Source: Candidatus Parcubacteria bacterium
GTDB taxonomy: Bacteria > Patescibacteriota > Minisyncoccia > Phycocordibacterales > CAIJYI01
Length of the DNA: 64,000 nucleotides
Assembly (NCBI GenBank): GCA_026395595.1
Contig: JAPLYL010000005.1
Location: forward strand, 12,853 to 76,852
Reading direction: 5' to 3'
Shown here piece by piece: positions 18,139 to 27,016 of the stretch (its first letter is position 1; the number at the start of each line of letters is the position of its first letter). The notes below the pieces were generated by a model. It was not told where the DNA came from. It worked only from the letters and a program-made list of their open reading frames with translations, and ran no database searches. The position numbers and the translations under genes were made by a program.

Positions 18139-18168
18139 ACCCCCAAAGCCCCACTCTGTGGGGCTTTT
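18139..18168. terminator. Bidirectional terminator shared by the small ORF (+) and truB (-)
   Basis: 10-bp GC-rich stem with flanking A-run and T-run. Confidence 0.7.
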
Positions 18169-18169
18169 T

Positions 18170-18856
18170 TTATGGGAGAATGACCGATGGATCTTCTGCT
18201 GAATACTTCCCTATCTGAATACGTCGCAACCCAAAAAGCATCGCAGGGACACCAAGGCGACTCCCTAATTCCTCCGCAAGTGTGCGGATATACGAACCGC
18301 TTGTTACTTCCATCTTTACTTTTATGGTCAAATTTTCACCGTTCCTCTCTATTTCCAAAAGTTCGGCGGATACTACTTCCATCTCTTTTATAGGAGGAGC
18401 CGTGTTCATTTCTTTTTCCGTCAATTCCTTTCCCGCTTCTTTTTTTCGTGCAATAGAGTACAGAGTTTTGCCACCAACTTTTATAGCGGAATACATCGGC
18501 ACAGCAAGCAAATGTTTCCCTGTAAAACCGACAACAACAGACCGTATCATTTCATCAGTAATATGTTCGGTGTCTTTTTCTTCCAAAATTTTTCCTTCCC
18601 TATCGCCCGTCTCCGATTTGTTCCCCAGTAGAATATCCGCAACATATATTTTCGGCAACTTCAAAAACTCCGACATTTTTTTCGTCCCTTCATTCACCCC
18701 GATAATCATAAGCCCCGAAGCCAGCGGATCAAGCGTCCCCGCGTGTCCCATTTTCCAAATCCCCATTTTTTTCCGCAAAAGCCGAATAACATCAAAAGAG
18801 GTGATGCCAGTAGGCTTATCAACTAACAAGATATTTTCAAGTAATGTATTGTCCAT
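18170..18856 (-). CDS. truB: tRNA pseudouridine(55) synthase TruB
   Basis: LLVDKP.G.TS, catalytic Asp in HAGTLDPLASG, and the overall length. Confidence 0.88.
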   Translation of the reverse strand: MDNTLLENILLVDKPTGITSFDVIRLLRKKMGIWKMGHAGTLDPLASGLMIIGVNEGTKKMSEFLKLPKIYVADILLGNKSETGDREGKILEEKDTEHITDEMIRSVVVGFTGKHLLAVPMYSAIKVGGKTLYSIARKKEAGKELTEKEMNTAPPIKEMEVVSAELLEIERNGENLTIKVKMEVTSGSYIRTLAEELGSRLGVPAMLFGLRRIQIGKYSAEDPSVILP

Positions 18857-18947
18857 TGCTTTATACTATACAAAAATAGGAAAATAGAAAGATTAAAGAC
18901 AGGAACGCGTATTTCCTCACGCCTTATAAAATACCTCTATATTTATT

Positions 18948-19067
18948 GCCGGACCGAGGTTGTACCTCGGTACGAAACATTTGTGTGACAAAATAAATTT
19001 TAATTTTTAAGCTGAACTTTATTGTGTTATCCAAATGTTTCGGTTCGGAGCACAACTCCGAACCGGC
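18948..19067. repeat. Imperfect 36-bp inverted repeat pair. Each arm carries a GC hairpin with a TTGTA/TTGTG loop plus cgaaacatttg, flanking a 48-bp AT-rich spacer. It lies immediately upstream of parB.
   Basis: Arms are gccggaccgaggttgtacctcggtacgaaacatttg and caaatgtttcggttcggagcacaactccgaaccggc. Confidence 0.6.
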
Positions 19068-19116
19068 GACAGAGGTGTGATTAGTTAAAAGAAAACCTGC
19101 CAATCTTTCTATTCAT

Positions 19117-20259
19117 CTAAATACTGAAATTTCCGATGGAATACAAATCTTCCTCTTCTTCCTCCTCTTTTCTCAATTCTTCCGGCGATTTGTCATTCAT
19201 GGCGAGCTTTTCTTCCTCGGCGGATTCTTCGGCAATTTTCATGGCGAGCGCTTCGGCTTTGGCGAGTTCTTTATCATCCCTTTCTTTCTGCAAATCGGAA
19301 ACCGCTTCTTCCACCGTCACCTGTACATGAACAACCGGTTCTTTCGGAGGGGCATTTTTTTGGTTCTCAATGAATTTATCCATGAGCTCCGTTCCGCTTC
19401 TCGCTTTCGTTTGTTGCATCAATTCCAAAATTCCACGAAGGTCATCATTGGAAAAGAAATCAATGACCATTTTTCCGCCGTCGTCTTTTTTCTCAATGCG
19501 CACGCGCGTACCAAGACGCTCGGTAAATTTCGTTTCAAGGTCGGCAATTTCAGGGTCTTGGAAAAGCGATTTTTTACGGACTCTATCGTAAGCGATTCGG
19601 CGAGCGATTCCTTCGGTTTCGCGAACAGTCAGTTTTTTGTAGAGTATTTCTTTAAACAAAACGAGCTGTTCTTCCGGCCGGTCGGCAAGCATGAGTATCG
19701 GGCGGGAATGTCCTTCCGAGATTTTTCCGACCGCAATCGCATCCAAAATATCTTGAGGCAAAGCAAGCAATCTGATGGTGTTGGAGACATACTCGCGGCT
19801 TCTTCCGACCCGTTTCCCGATATCCGTATGTTTCAATCCAAACTCGCTGGCTAACTGCCCGAAAGCGCGCGCACGGTCAACCGGGTTCAGGTCCTCTCTC
19901 TGAAGATTCTCAATGATAGCCAATTCCAATTTGACGCGGTTATCGTCCTCGCCGGTTCGTATCACCGTCGGCACTTGTTTGACTCCCGCCAGCTTTGAAG
20001 CGCGCAGACGGCGTTCTCCCGAGATGAGTTCGTATTCAACCCCCATTCCTCCTTCTTCCTTCTCAAACTCTTTACGCGTCACCACAAGTGGTTGCAACAC
20101 CCCATACTGCCGTATGGAATCAGCCAATTCGCGCAATCGCGACTCGTCAAATTCCCTTCTTGGCTGGTAAGGATTCGGCTTTATTTTCTCCACCTCAATC
20201 CAGAAGATAGAATCGTAGATTTTCGGCTTAGCGTCATCATTGATGTTTTCCTGTGTCAT
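19117..20259 (-). CDS. parB: Chromosome partitioning protein ParB/Spo0J, with an acidic C-terminal extension
   Basis: ParB box GERR, the N-terminal KIKPNPYQPR motif, an HTH region, and an EEEEEED tail. Confidence 0.9.
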   Translation of the reverse strand: MTQENINDDAKPKIYDSIFWIEVEKIKPNPYQPRREFDESRLRELADSIRQYGVLQPLVVTRKEFEKEEGGMGVEYELISGERRLRASKLAGVKQVPTVIRTGEDDNRVKLELAIIENLQREDLNPVDRARAFGQLASEFGLKHTDIGKRVGRSREYVSNTIRLLALPQDILDAIAVGKISEGHSRPILMLADRPEEQLVLFKEILYKKLTVRETEGIARRIAYDRVRKKSLFQDPEIADLETKFTERLGTRVRIEKKDDGGKMVIDFFSNDDLRGILELMQQTKARSGTELMDKFIENQKNAPPKEPVVHVQVTVEEAVSDLQKERDDKELAKAEALAMKIAEESAEEEKLAMNDKSPEELRKEEEEEEDLYSIGNFSI

Positions 20260-20360
20260 GCCTCTATCTTATCACGAGAAAGCACCGCGAGCAAAATGGG
20301 GATTATTGTAAAAAAAAGTCTCGTTCCTTTCAGAACAAGACTTTAAACGCGACTGCGTCT

Positions 20361-20678
20361 TTAAAAATTTCCGTATTCCGCCCAAGCACGTTCTTCATCG
20401 TATTGCTTATCCACAAAAGAATGTTCTTCCCATGCCAGTTCTACTTCTGTTTCCTTGTCGTAGCCGACAAGACCCCCTATCCCCCATTCTTCGGGAATTG
20501 GATCGCCCGCGGAATAGCCATACAGCCAGTCGGGAACTTCTTGAAAAAGCCAAGCTTGATTTTCCCGATCAAAATAAGCTGTCCCGCCGCCTTGTGTTGC
20601 ATAAAATGCTTTCATGTCATCTCCCCGGTTGATGTAATTTCTGTGCTTTATTATACACAAAGATATGATAAATGTCAA
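20361..20678 (-). CDS. Small acidic Trp/Tyr-rich hypothetical protein (start uncertain; possibly the internal MKAFYA)
   Basis: Intact ORF. Its composition resembles the 14443 protein (W, Y, D, E rich). Confidence 0.4.
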   Translation of the reverse strand: MTFIISLCIIKHRNYINRGDDMKAFYATQGGGTAYFDRENQAWLFQEVPDWLYGYSAGDPIPEEWGIGGLVGYDKETEVELAWEEHSFVDKQYDEERAWAEYGNF

Positions 20679-20744
20679 GGACAGACAAGCAAATCAAAAC
20701 GGCGATTGATTTTTTCGCAAAAACACGATATTATATGCTGGTAA

Positions 20745-20826
20745 GCCGGAGTGATGAAATTGGTAACCATGCACGACTCAAAATCGTGTGCCGTAAGGCT
20801 TGGGAGTTCAAGTCTCCCCTCCGGCA
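20745..20826 (+). tRNA. tRNA-Leu (anticodon CAA), with a long variable arm
   Basis: Acceptor GCCGGAG/CTCCGGC, anticodon stem CACGA/TCGTG with loop CTCAAAA, T-arm GGGAG-TTCAAGT-CTCCC. A terminator hairpin follows at 20831-20858. Confidence 0.85.
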
Positions 20827-20984
20827 CAAGAAAACACACCCTTTGGGTGTTTTTTTGTGCCGGAAAAAAAAAGCAAACTGCTTTGCTTTTTGCGGGAGAC
20901 TTGAAGGTCGGAGTCATGTCCCTGCAGGGACAGACGAGACGGGGTCGCGGAAAATTTTGTCGGGACAAAATATTTATCTGTGAC

Positions 20985-21005
20985 CAAGTCTCCCCTCCGG
21001 CACAA
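20985..21005 (+). repeat. Direct 21-bp duplicate of the tRNA-Leu 3' end (caagtctcccctccggcacaa), 176 bp downstream of the original.
   Basis: Exact match to 20809-20829. An inverted partial T-arm copy (gggagacttgaa) lies at 20894-20905. Confidence 0.75.
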
Positions 21006-21039
21006 AGAAAAATCGCCCCAACGGGCGATTTTTTACTCT

Positions 21040-21723
21040 CTATTTCGTAACAAAAACTTGCGATGCCGGCTTTCCATTTTCCATAACCAAAATATCCGTC
21101 TTCGTACTGAATTGATGGTCTCCATTATCAACATAGAGCACCGTGTAGTACTTCCCCCCTGACTGAGTATTGCGAAGAAGTTCTACCGAAACATTCTCAT
21201 TCGTTCCCGTCGGGAACCATGCTGCTCCGAGAATCCTTCCGAATTCCCCCTCCTCATCTTCGCGTATCGCCACCCAGCCGTCTTTCACGATCTTTACCTT
21301 TGAGAGAGCAACTGAGCTTCCAGCCGCCTGTCCCGAAACCGAGACAAAATTTCCTTCTGTTTTTTTCTGCGCAACAACAGGGGTTTCTTTTTTAGGAACG
21401 ACCTTTACCGGAACAGGAATCTCTTTTTTCACGGCAATAACTTTTTTCACAGGAGCAGGGGTTTCTTTTTTAACCGCAACAACTTTCTTCACCGGCGTCA
21501 CGGTTTTTTTCACAATCTTTTCGGTTGTCGCCGAAGTAACGGCAGCGGCCAGGGTCGTTGTAGCAACTTTGTTATTTTTCACGGCAACTTCCACGACTCC
21601 GCGTCTCGTCCACATACGCCCGGCGCTAAACCCAAAAAGGAGTCCTGCGATAATGGTAACGATAAGAATGTTGCGTTGTTTATTCTGATCTTCCGCAACG
21701 ACTTCTGTTTTTTTATTCTTCAT
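21040..21723 (-). CDS. Membrane-anchored protein with tandem VKKxxTPxPVKKV repeats and a C-terminal globular domain
   Basis: N-terminal transmembrane segment, a Lys/Val/Pro-rich repeat block (about 33-bp DNA repeats at 21380-21500), and a conserved-looking C-terminal domain. Confidence 0.65.
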   Translation of the reverse strand: MKNKKTEVVAEDQNKQRNILIVTIIAGLLFGFSAGRMWTRRGVVEVAVKNNKVATTTLAAAVTSATTEKIVKKTVTPVKKVVAVKKETPAPVKKVIAVKKEIPVPVKVVPKKETPVVAQKKTEGNFVSVSGQAAGSSVALSKVKIVKDGWVAIREDEEGEFGRILGAAWFPTGTNENVSVELLRNTQSGGKYYTVLYVDNGDHQFSTKTDILVMENGKPASQVFVTK

Positions 21724-21848
21724 GAGTTTTTTCGTATTTTTAGCCAGTAGTACTTCTATCTTCTTAAAATTTCACACAAAAGTCAACGTTGCCGTTTTTG
21801 AGTTTTTCTTTCTTTGACGAAACCACTTATCGCTTATATACTCCAAAG

Positions 21849-22748
21849 ATGGAAAAACTTCCGAAAATCATCGCCATTCTCGGGCCCACCTCGTCAGGAA
21901 AAAGCGACCTGGCGGTTCTTCTCGCGCAAAGATATAACGGCGAGATTATTTCAGCAGACTCCCGCCAAGTCTACCGCGGGCTTGATATAGCGACCGGAAA
22001 AGTTACCAAAGAAGAGATGGGAGGTATTCCCCATCACTTGCTTGATATTGCAGACCCAAAGGAACAGTACACCGTCTCCCATTTCAAACGCGATGCGGAA
22101 AAAATAATTGACGATATTTTATCGAAAGGAAAACTCCCTATTATTTGCGGAGGCACCGCGCAGTACGCCGATGCCGTAACGGAAAATTTTATCACGCCGG
22201 AAATTCCTCCCGACAACGAACTGCGAAATGAACTTGAGAAAAAAAGCACCGAAGCGCTTTTTTTCGAACTCCAAAAACTTGATCCGAACCGTTCAGAAAC
22301 CATAGACCGAAACAACCGGCGTCGCCTTGTTCGCGCCATAGAAATCGCAAAAGCGCTCGGCTCGGTTCCTCAAATTCCCGATGTCCCTAAAAGATATGAC
22401 GTTCTCAAAATTGCCATTTCAACCGACAAAGAAACCCTCCGCAACCGCATAAAAAATCGCGTAGAAAAACGCATGCAGCAAGGCATGGTAGAAGAAGCCA
22501 AAAAACTTCACGAAGACGGTCTCACTTTTGAACGCATGAAAGACCTCGGACTTGAATACCGATACCTCGCCGATTTTTTGGAAGGAAAAATATCCGAAGA
22601 AAAATTAAAAGAAGAAATCTTTTTCAAAGACTATCAATACGCCAAACGCCAAATGACCTGGCTCAAACGCGACCAAAAAATCCATTGGTTTGATCTCGCT
22701 CAAAAAGAAGAAATCCTCACCCTCGCAAAAAACTTTTTAAAGAACTAG
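21849..22748 (+). CDS. miaA: tRNA dimethylallyltransferase MiaA (start moved to the internal ATG)
   Basis: P-loop GPTSSGKS close to the N-terminus and DSRQVYRGLDIATGK. The ORF-track extension upstream of MEKLPK does not look like real protein. Confidence 0.88.
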   Translation: MEKLPKIIAILGPTSSGKSDLAVLLAQRYNGEIISADSRQVYRGLDIATGKVTKEEMGGIPHHLLDIADPKEQYTVSHFKRDAEKIIDDILSKGKLPIICGGTAQYADAVTENFITPEIPPDNELRNELEKKSTEALFFELQKLDPNRSETIDRNNRRRLVRAIEIAKALGSVPQIPDVPKRYDVLKIAISTDKETLRNRIKNRVEKRMQQGMVEEAKKLHEDGLTFERMKDLGLEYRYLADFLEGKISEEKLKEEIFFKDYQYAKRQMTWLKRDQKIHWFDLAQKEEILTLAKNFLKN

Positions 22749-22783
22749 AAAAAACGCCCCGATTATTCGGGGCGTCTTGTATT

Positions 22784-23656
22784 TTACTCTTTCGGAAGTT
22801 CTCTGTCCAAAAATTTGTTAATTACCGTATTGGGCACAACGAGAGCAATATCGGTAAGCGAACTTTGTTCCAACATTACCATGGATACGACTCCGATCAT
22901 TTTCATATCGCCGAGCGTCAAGACTGGACCGCCGGAATTTCCGGGAACAATGGGGGCGACGAGATACAAGTAGTCGCCATCCTTCATTTTCTCAAGATCT
23001 TTGCGCGCAATCTTTCCGTCAGTAATAACATTTTTTACTCCGAGAGGAGACCCTATCGCGATAATGCTTTCATCGGAAAAGAATTTCTTACGCGACACTT
23101 CTATCGGCGAGTAGTGGAAACGTTCCGGGTTCTTTACTTTCAAAAGAGACAGATCGTTTTTATCAACAGCAACGAGAGAAGCAAGAAAACTTTTCCCTTT
23201 GCTGTCAACTAAAGAATACTGAGTAATGACTTTCGCGTCTATATATTTTCCGGGATTATCTTTTTCCGTGCCGGCGGTCATTTTTTTTAATTTTTCTATC
23301 ACCTCAGTGTCATCGACAAGATGTTTTACGGATATCAGATACCCTTCCGCGATAACCGTTCCCGCTCCAGTGCTCTGTTTAATTACTTTCCGCGAGTGGA
23401 ACAATGGCTTCCCTGTTTTTTCGGGGTTATCAAATATCTGAAGATCAGCCGTTACGGTCGTTTCCACCGCAAAAACCGAATTAGCCCGATGTTTCCGAGC
23501 CCAAGCATGAGCGGAATCAATATCCTGAATCGTCTGCTGTCCAGGGTACAGATACTGTTTCGATGACCCGGTGTCGCGCAGAGGCATAACGCAAGAAAAT
23601 AAAAGCACGATGAACAAAATAGCCCCGATAAACGGTATTTTTATGTATGTTTTCAT
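22784..23656 (-). CDS. Trypsin-like (S1 family) serine peptidase, secreted/lipoprotein-like
   Basis: Catalytic Ser motif GNSGGPV and a His context VKHLV. Start set at the Met preceding the signal peptide (MKTYIKIPFIGAILFIVLLFSC), which has an AAGGAG RBS. Confidence 0.75.
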   Translation of the reverse strand: MKTYIKIPFIGAILFIVLLFSCVMPLRDTGSSKQYLYPGQQTIQDIDSAHAWARKHRANSVFAVETTVTADLQIFDNPEKTGKPLFHSRKVIKQSTGAGTVIAEGYLISVKHLVDDTEVIEKLKKMTAGTEKDNPGKYIDAKVITQYSLVDSKGKSFLASLVAVDKNDLSLLKVKNPERFHYSPIEVSRKKFFSDESIIAIGSPLGVKNVITDGKIARKDLEKMKDGDYLYLVAPIVPGNSGGPVLTLGDMKMIGVVSMVMLEQSSLTDIALVVPNTVINKFLDRELPKE

Positions 23657-23845
23657 AGAACAAACTCCTTGAAAGGAAAAGACCTGTCTCCACCAAGGGT
23701 AGCCGTTTTTGAGGTTTCGGTCAATTTTACAACAAGGAAATAGCATGGTAAAAAGGAGGTTTTTCCGTACCCCTTGATTTTACTTGATTTTTTTATTGCT
23801 TCGTATTATACTCTAGGACACAGTAAATAAAGCAAAAAACATTAT

Positions 23846-24004
23846 ATGTCACAAGATCACTTGATTAAACTCGCCTGCGGAAAATGCAAAAATGTCAATT
23901 ACATGACTACCCGCAACAAAAAACAGGTTGAAAAGAAACTTACGCCGAATAAGCATTGTTCCGCCTGCCGAAAACACACGCCTCACAAAGAAGCGAAAAA
24001 ATAA
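23846..24004 (+). CDS. rpmG: 50S ribosomal protein L33 (not in the ORF track)
   Basis: The 52-aa product is MSQDHLIKLACGKCKNVNYMTTRNKKQVEKKLTPNKHCSACRKHTPHKEAKK. It has the four-Cys zinc ribbon and the L33 C-terminal KHT.HKE.K pattern. A perfect terminator follows at 24020-24050. Confidence 0.8.
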   Translation: MSQDHLIKLACGKCKNVNYMTTRNKKQVEKKLTPNKHCSACRKHTPHKEAKK

Positions 24005-24238
24005 ACCCCATCATAAAAAGTCCGTCGCATTTGCGACGGACTTTTTATGATAATTTCCAATATCAAATATCAAATTTCCAAAAAATGACATCGGTTTTTT
24101 AAAGTCTCTTTTTTAAGTTTTAGATTTTCATTAGGAATTTGATATTGGGAATTTGGAATTTTTATATAGCGTTTCTCTTTTTTTTATGCTAAACTTTCTC
24201 ACAGAGAAAAAGTTTGTTAATGATATTCCATATATTAT

Positions 24239-24309
24239 GGGAGCTTAGTTAAATGGTATAACAGTGGTCTCCAAAACCACTATCAGGGGTTCGATTCCTC
24301 TAGCTCCCG
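24239..24309 (+). tRNA. tRNA-Trp (anticodon CCA)
   Basis: Acceptor GGGAGCT/AGCTCCC, anticodon stem GTGGT/ACCAC with loop CTCCAAA, T-loop TTCGATT. Confidence 0.82.
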
Positions 24310-24333
24310 CCCATAGTATTTTTTATCGGACAT

Positions 24334-24852
24334 ATGTTTAGACCCCTCAGCGCCAATCCGTTTGAAAAAATTTTAAACAAAGAAAAATATCAAGTCTTTC
24401 TTTTTGCGTGCCCGGCAAACATACCTTTTAGTTTCGCAGCACACCCGTGGTTTGTTATTAATAAAAAAGGAACACTGTCGCGGTGGGAAGTAACATTTCA
24501 ACAAAAAAAGAGGGATCAGAGCTGGGGATACTTAAGCAAAAACTTGTATCCTTTGTTTAGCGGGATTGAAACATTCCCGTTTCAGAGCAATTTTTTTTGG
24601 AAAGGAAAACTGCTGAATTATATCGAGGGAGGAGAAGGGTCAACGGCTCAGTCTATGGCAGAATTTATTGAACATTCGCCGGAAAATTACCCGCACAATC
24701 AAAGGTATTCCTTATCAAAAATAAACTCCAATACATATGCGCAGTGGGTTTTGAATCATTTTAGGGAAACAAAACTCGCTTTACCGTGGAATGCGCTTGG
24801 AAAAAAATCCCTCTATGCGGAGATCTCAATAGATCAAAAGAAAAAGAACTAA
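24334..24852 (+). CDS. Hypothetical protein (172 aa)
   Basis: Intact ORF directly downstream of tRNA-Trp. No recognisable motif. Confidence 0.5.
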   Translation: MFRPLSANPFEKILNKEKYQVFLFACPANIPFSFAAHPWFVINKKGTLSRWEVTFQQKKRDQSWGYLSKNLYPLFSGIETFPFQSNFFWKGKLLNYIEGGEGSTAQSMAEFIEHSPENYPHNQRYSLSKINSNTYAQWVLNHFRETKLALPWNALGKKSLYAEISIDQKKKN

Positions 24853-24859
24853 GATATCC

Positions 24860-25936
24860 TTAAGTCTCATTGCTGGGTTTATCAAGCGAAAGCATTTCAA
24901 TACCGGTTCCGTTTCCGGTAATCTTCACGACGTCTTTATCTATCTTATTGAGTTCCTTTGCTCCGCTATTGTAATGTCCGACAACCGTTCCGAGAGAATT
25001 TCCGAGCTTTTTGTAATACTCGTCATACGCTTTCAAATGCTTCCCGAGTTCTTCAACTCGTTTGGAAATATCGCGCGCAGACTCTTCTATTTTAAAAGCG
25101 CGGAAACCATACAAAACAGAACTCAAATAAGCAGAAAAGGTTGTCGGAGAAACGATAATGACATGCTTGTCTTTGTAAGCGTAATCTATCAAACTTCGCG
25201 TATTGGATTTTATCGCCCCCACCTCGTTCACGAGCAAATCATAATAAATTCCCTCTGCCGGAATATACATCATCGCGAACGGCAGCGTCCCCTCTGACGG
25301 ACGAATATATTTCGCCGTTTCATCTATGCGCTTTTTCAAATCGGCAATAAAATCTTTTTCCAGTTCCGCTTTTCTTTCAGGATTCGTTTCATTGATGATG
25401 CGATTATAATTATCCAGTGAGAACTTCGCGTCTATCGGTATCATGCCATCTTTGGTCTTAATGACCGCGTCCACTTTATCATTATCAGCAAAAGGATATT
25501 GCAGCTGATAGGCATCGGGAGGCAAAACATTTCCCAAGATAAGCTCCAGACTCGCCTCACCCAAACTTCCGCGATGCTTTTGATTGGTTAAAATTTTCTG
25601 AAGATTGTGCAGTTCCTCGGTAATTCCCAAAACCTGCTTGCTCCCCTCGTTCGTTTCCGTCACCGCTTTCGTTACCTCAGAAAGATGCCGTTTCATTTCG
25701 CTGTTGATATCCTGCATGAATTTCTGCGATTCCGAAAACTGCCGAAGCGTCGCATTCTGAGACTCGCCAAGTTTCTTATCCACTACCTGCATAAGAGAAT
25801 CCAGTCGGTGCTGAAGCATGAGCATACCTTGATCAGACCCTGCTGTCTTTTTCTGCCCCCGTAAAAGAAGAATGGCGACCAGTCCTCCGATAATAACCGC
25901 GAGGATTACAATAATGACAATAGAGAGAGTATTCAT
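24860..25936 (-). CDS. rmuC: DNA recombination protein RmuC
   Basis: An N-terminal transmembrane helix, then a coiled-coil, and a C-terminal RmuC nuclease-like region (MIPIDAKFSLDNY, VIIVSPTTF). Start placed at MNTLSIV. Confidence 0.8.
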   Translation of the reverse strand: MNTLSIVIIVILAVIIGGLVAILLLRGQKKTAGSDQGMLMLQHRLDSLMQVVDKKLGESQNATLRQFSESQKFMQDINSEMKRHLSEVTKAVTETNEGSKQVLGITEELHNLQKILTNQKHRGSLGEASLELILGNVLPPDAYQLQYPFADNDKVDAVIKTKDGMIPIDAKFSLDNYNRIINETNPERKAELEKDFIADLKKRIDETAKYIRPSEGTLPFAMMYIPAEGIYYDLLVNEVGAIKSNTRSLIDYAYKDKHVIIVSPTTFSAYLSSVLYGFRAFKIEESARDISKRVEELGKHLKAYDEYYKKLGNSLGTVVGHYNSGAKELNKIDKDVVKITGNGTGIEMLSLDKPSNET

Positions 25937-26028
25937 TTGTATAGTATACCGCAAACACAAAAAATTTCTAATTTCAAAAAACCGACGTCGTCTTTCATTG
26001 GAAATTAGAAATTGGATATTAGAAATTT

Positions 26029-26607
26029 TTATACTGTCTCTTCTATTTTTTTCAGTACTTCGGGAATTCCCATATTCTTTTCGGCGGAGAACGGAATAAA
26101 TGGGACATCGCCGACCTTTGCGATAATTTCTTTCAACTGTTTCGGTCTCGCGGTTTTATTGATACGATCAAATTTATTTCCCACCACCACAAAAGGAACT
26201 TTGCCTTGAGTAAGCGCTTTTATCATTTCAAGATCTCGGTCGCTCGGACCCACATAAGCATCAATCAACACAAAAACGAGAGCAATCGGCGCCCCTGATT
26301 CAAAAAGATACCAAGTAATATGCTTCACGAGTTTTTCTTTTTCCTTATCGCGAACTTGAGCATAACCGTACCCGGGCAAGTCCACGAAATAGAAGGCATC
26401 ATTTACTAGAAAGAAATTTATCTCTCTGGTTTTTCCCGGAGAGGAACTGGAGCGCGCCAAATTTTTGCGAGAAAGAAGCGCATTGATAACGCTTGATTTC
26501 CCCACATTGGAACGCCCCACAAAAGCAAATTGCGGTTTTGAGGTATCATTCAGTATGGAATCCGTCCCCTTAATCCCGCGGGCGAACTCGGCAGATGTTA
26601 TTTTCAT
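26029..26607 (-). CDS. engB: Ribosome biogenesis GTPase EngB (YihA/YsxC)
   Basis: G1 GRSNVGKSS, G3 DLPGYG, G4 NKFD. Confidence 0.88.
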   Translation of the reverse strand: MKITSAEFARGIKGTDSILNDTSKPQFAFVGRSNVGKSSVINALLSRKNLARSSSSPGKTREINFFLVNDAFYFVDLPGYGYAQVRDKEKEKLVKHITWYLFESGAPIALVFVLIDAYVGPSDRDLEMIKALTQGKVPFVVVGNKFDRINKTARPKQLKEIIAKVGDVPFIPFSAEKNMGIPEVLKKIEETV

Positions 26608-26758
26608 ACGATTGATTATGCCACAAAATAAGTGTTTTTACAAGTGGACTCCCTTTTTAAAAGAATAAACCCCCGACAGTCCATAATGGTGTGTCGGGGG
26701 TTCAATGCCCGATTGGAGCATTCTTGGTATTTTTGGAATTTAATCCGATACTTTTACT

Positions 26759-26959
26759 TTATTTACTGTCCCACTCCAGCGCCTCTTGGCGGCTGAGCAC
26801 TTGTCCTTGGAATACGGCATAGACCGGAGTCTCAACCGTTTTTTCCGCTTCCGGTGTTTCTTCGGTTACATGGGTGGTATCTTTTTCAGCCTCGGTAATC
26901 ATGATATTCTCCAATTGGGGTAAATAAAAATGAACAAACTTACTGTGATATATTATCAT
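26759..26959 (-). CDS. Small acidic hypothetical protein
   Basis: Only ORF integrity and a downstream hairpin terminator (26690-26722). Confidence 0.3.
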   Translation of the reverse strand: MIIYHSKFVHFYLPQLENIMITEAEKDTTHVTEETPEAEKTVETPVYAVFQGQVLSRQEALEWDSK

Positions 26960-27016
26960 TTATCATAGCTTTTGTCAAGTGTTTCCAGTCCCCTTTTTTT
27001 AAGGTAAAATTTTGAG

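Noticed and set aside
18900-19116. Possible oriC/parS next to parB (one DnaA-box-like TTATCCAAA at 19025)
   Set aside because: There is a single 8/9 DnaA-box match and no dnaA gene. No match to the parS consensus TGTTNCACGTGAAACA occurs anywhere in the window. The structure is reported only as a REP-like inverted pair.
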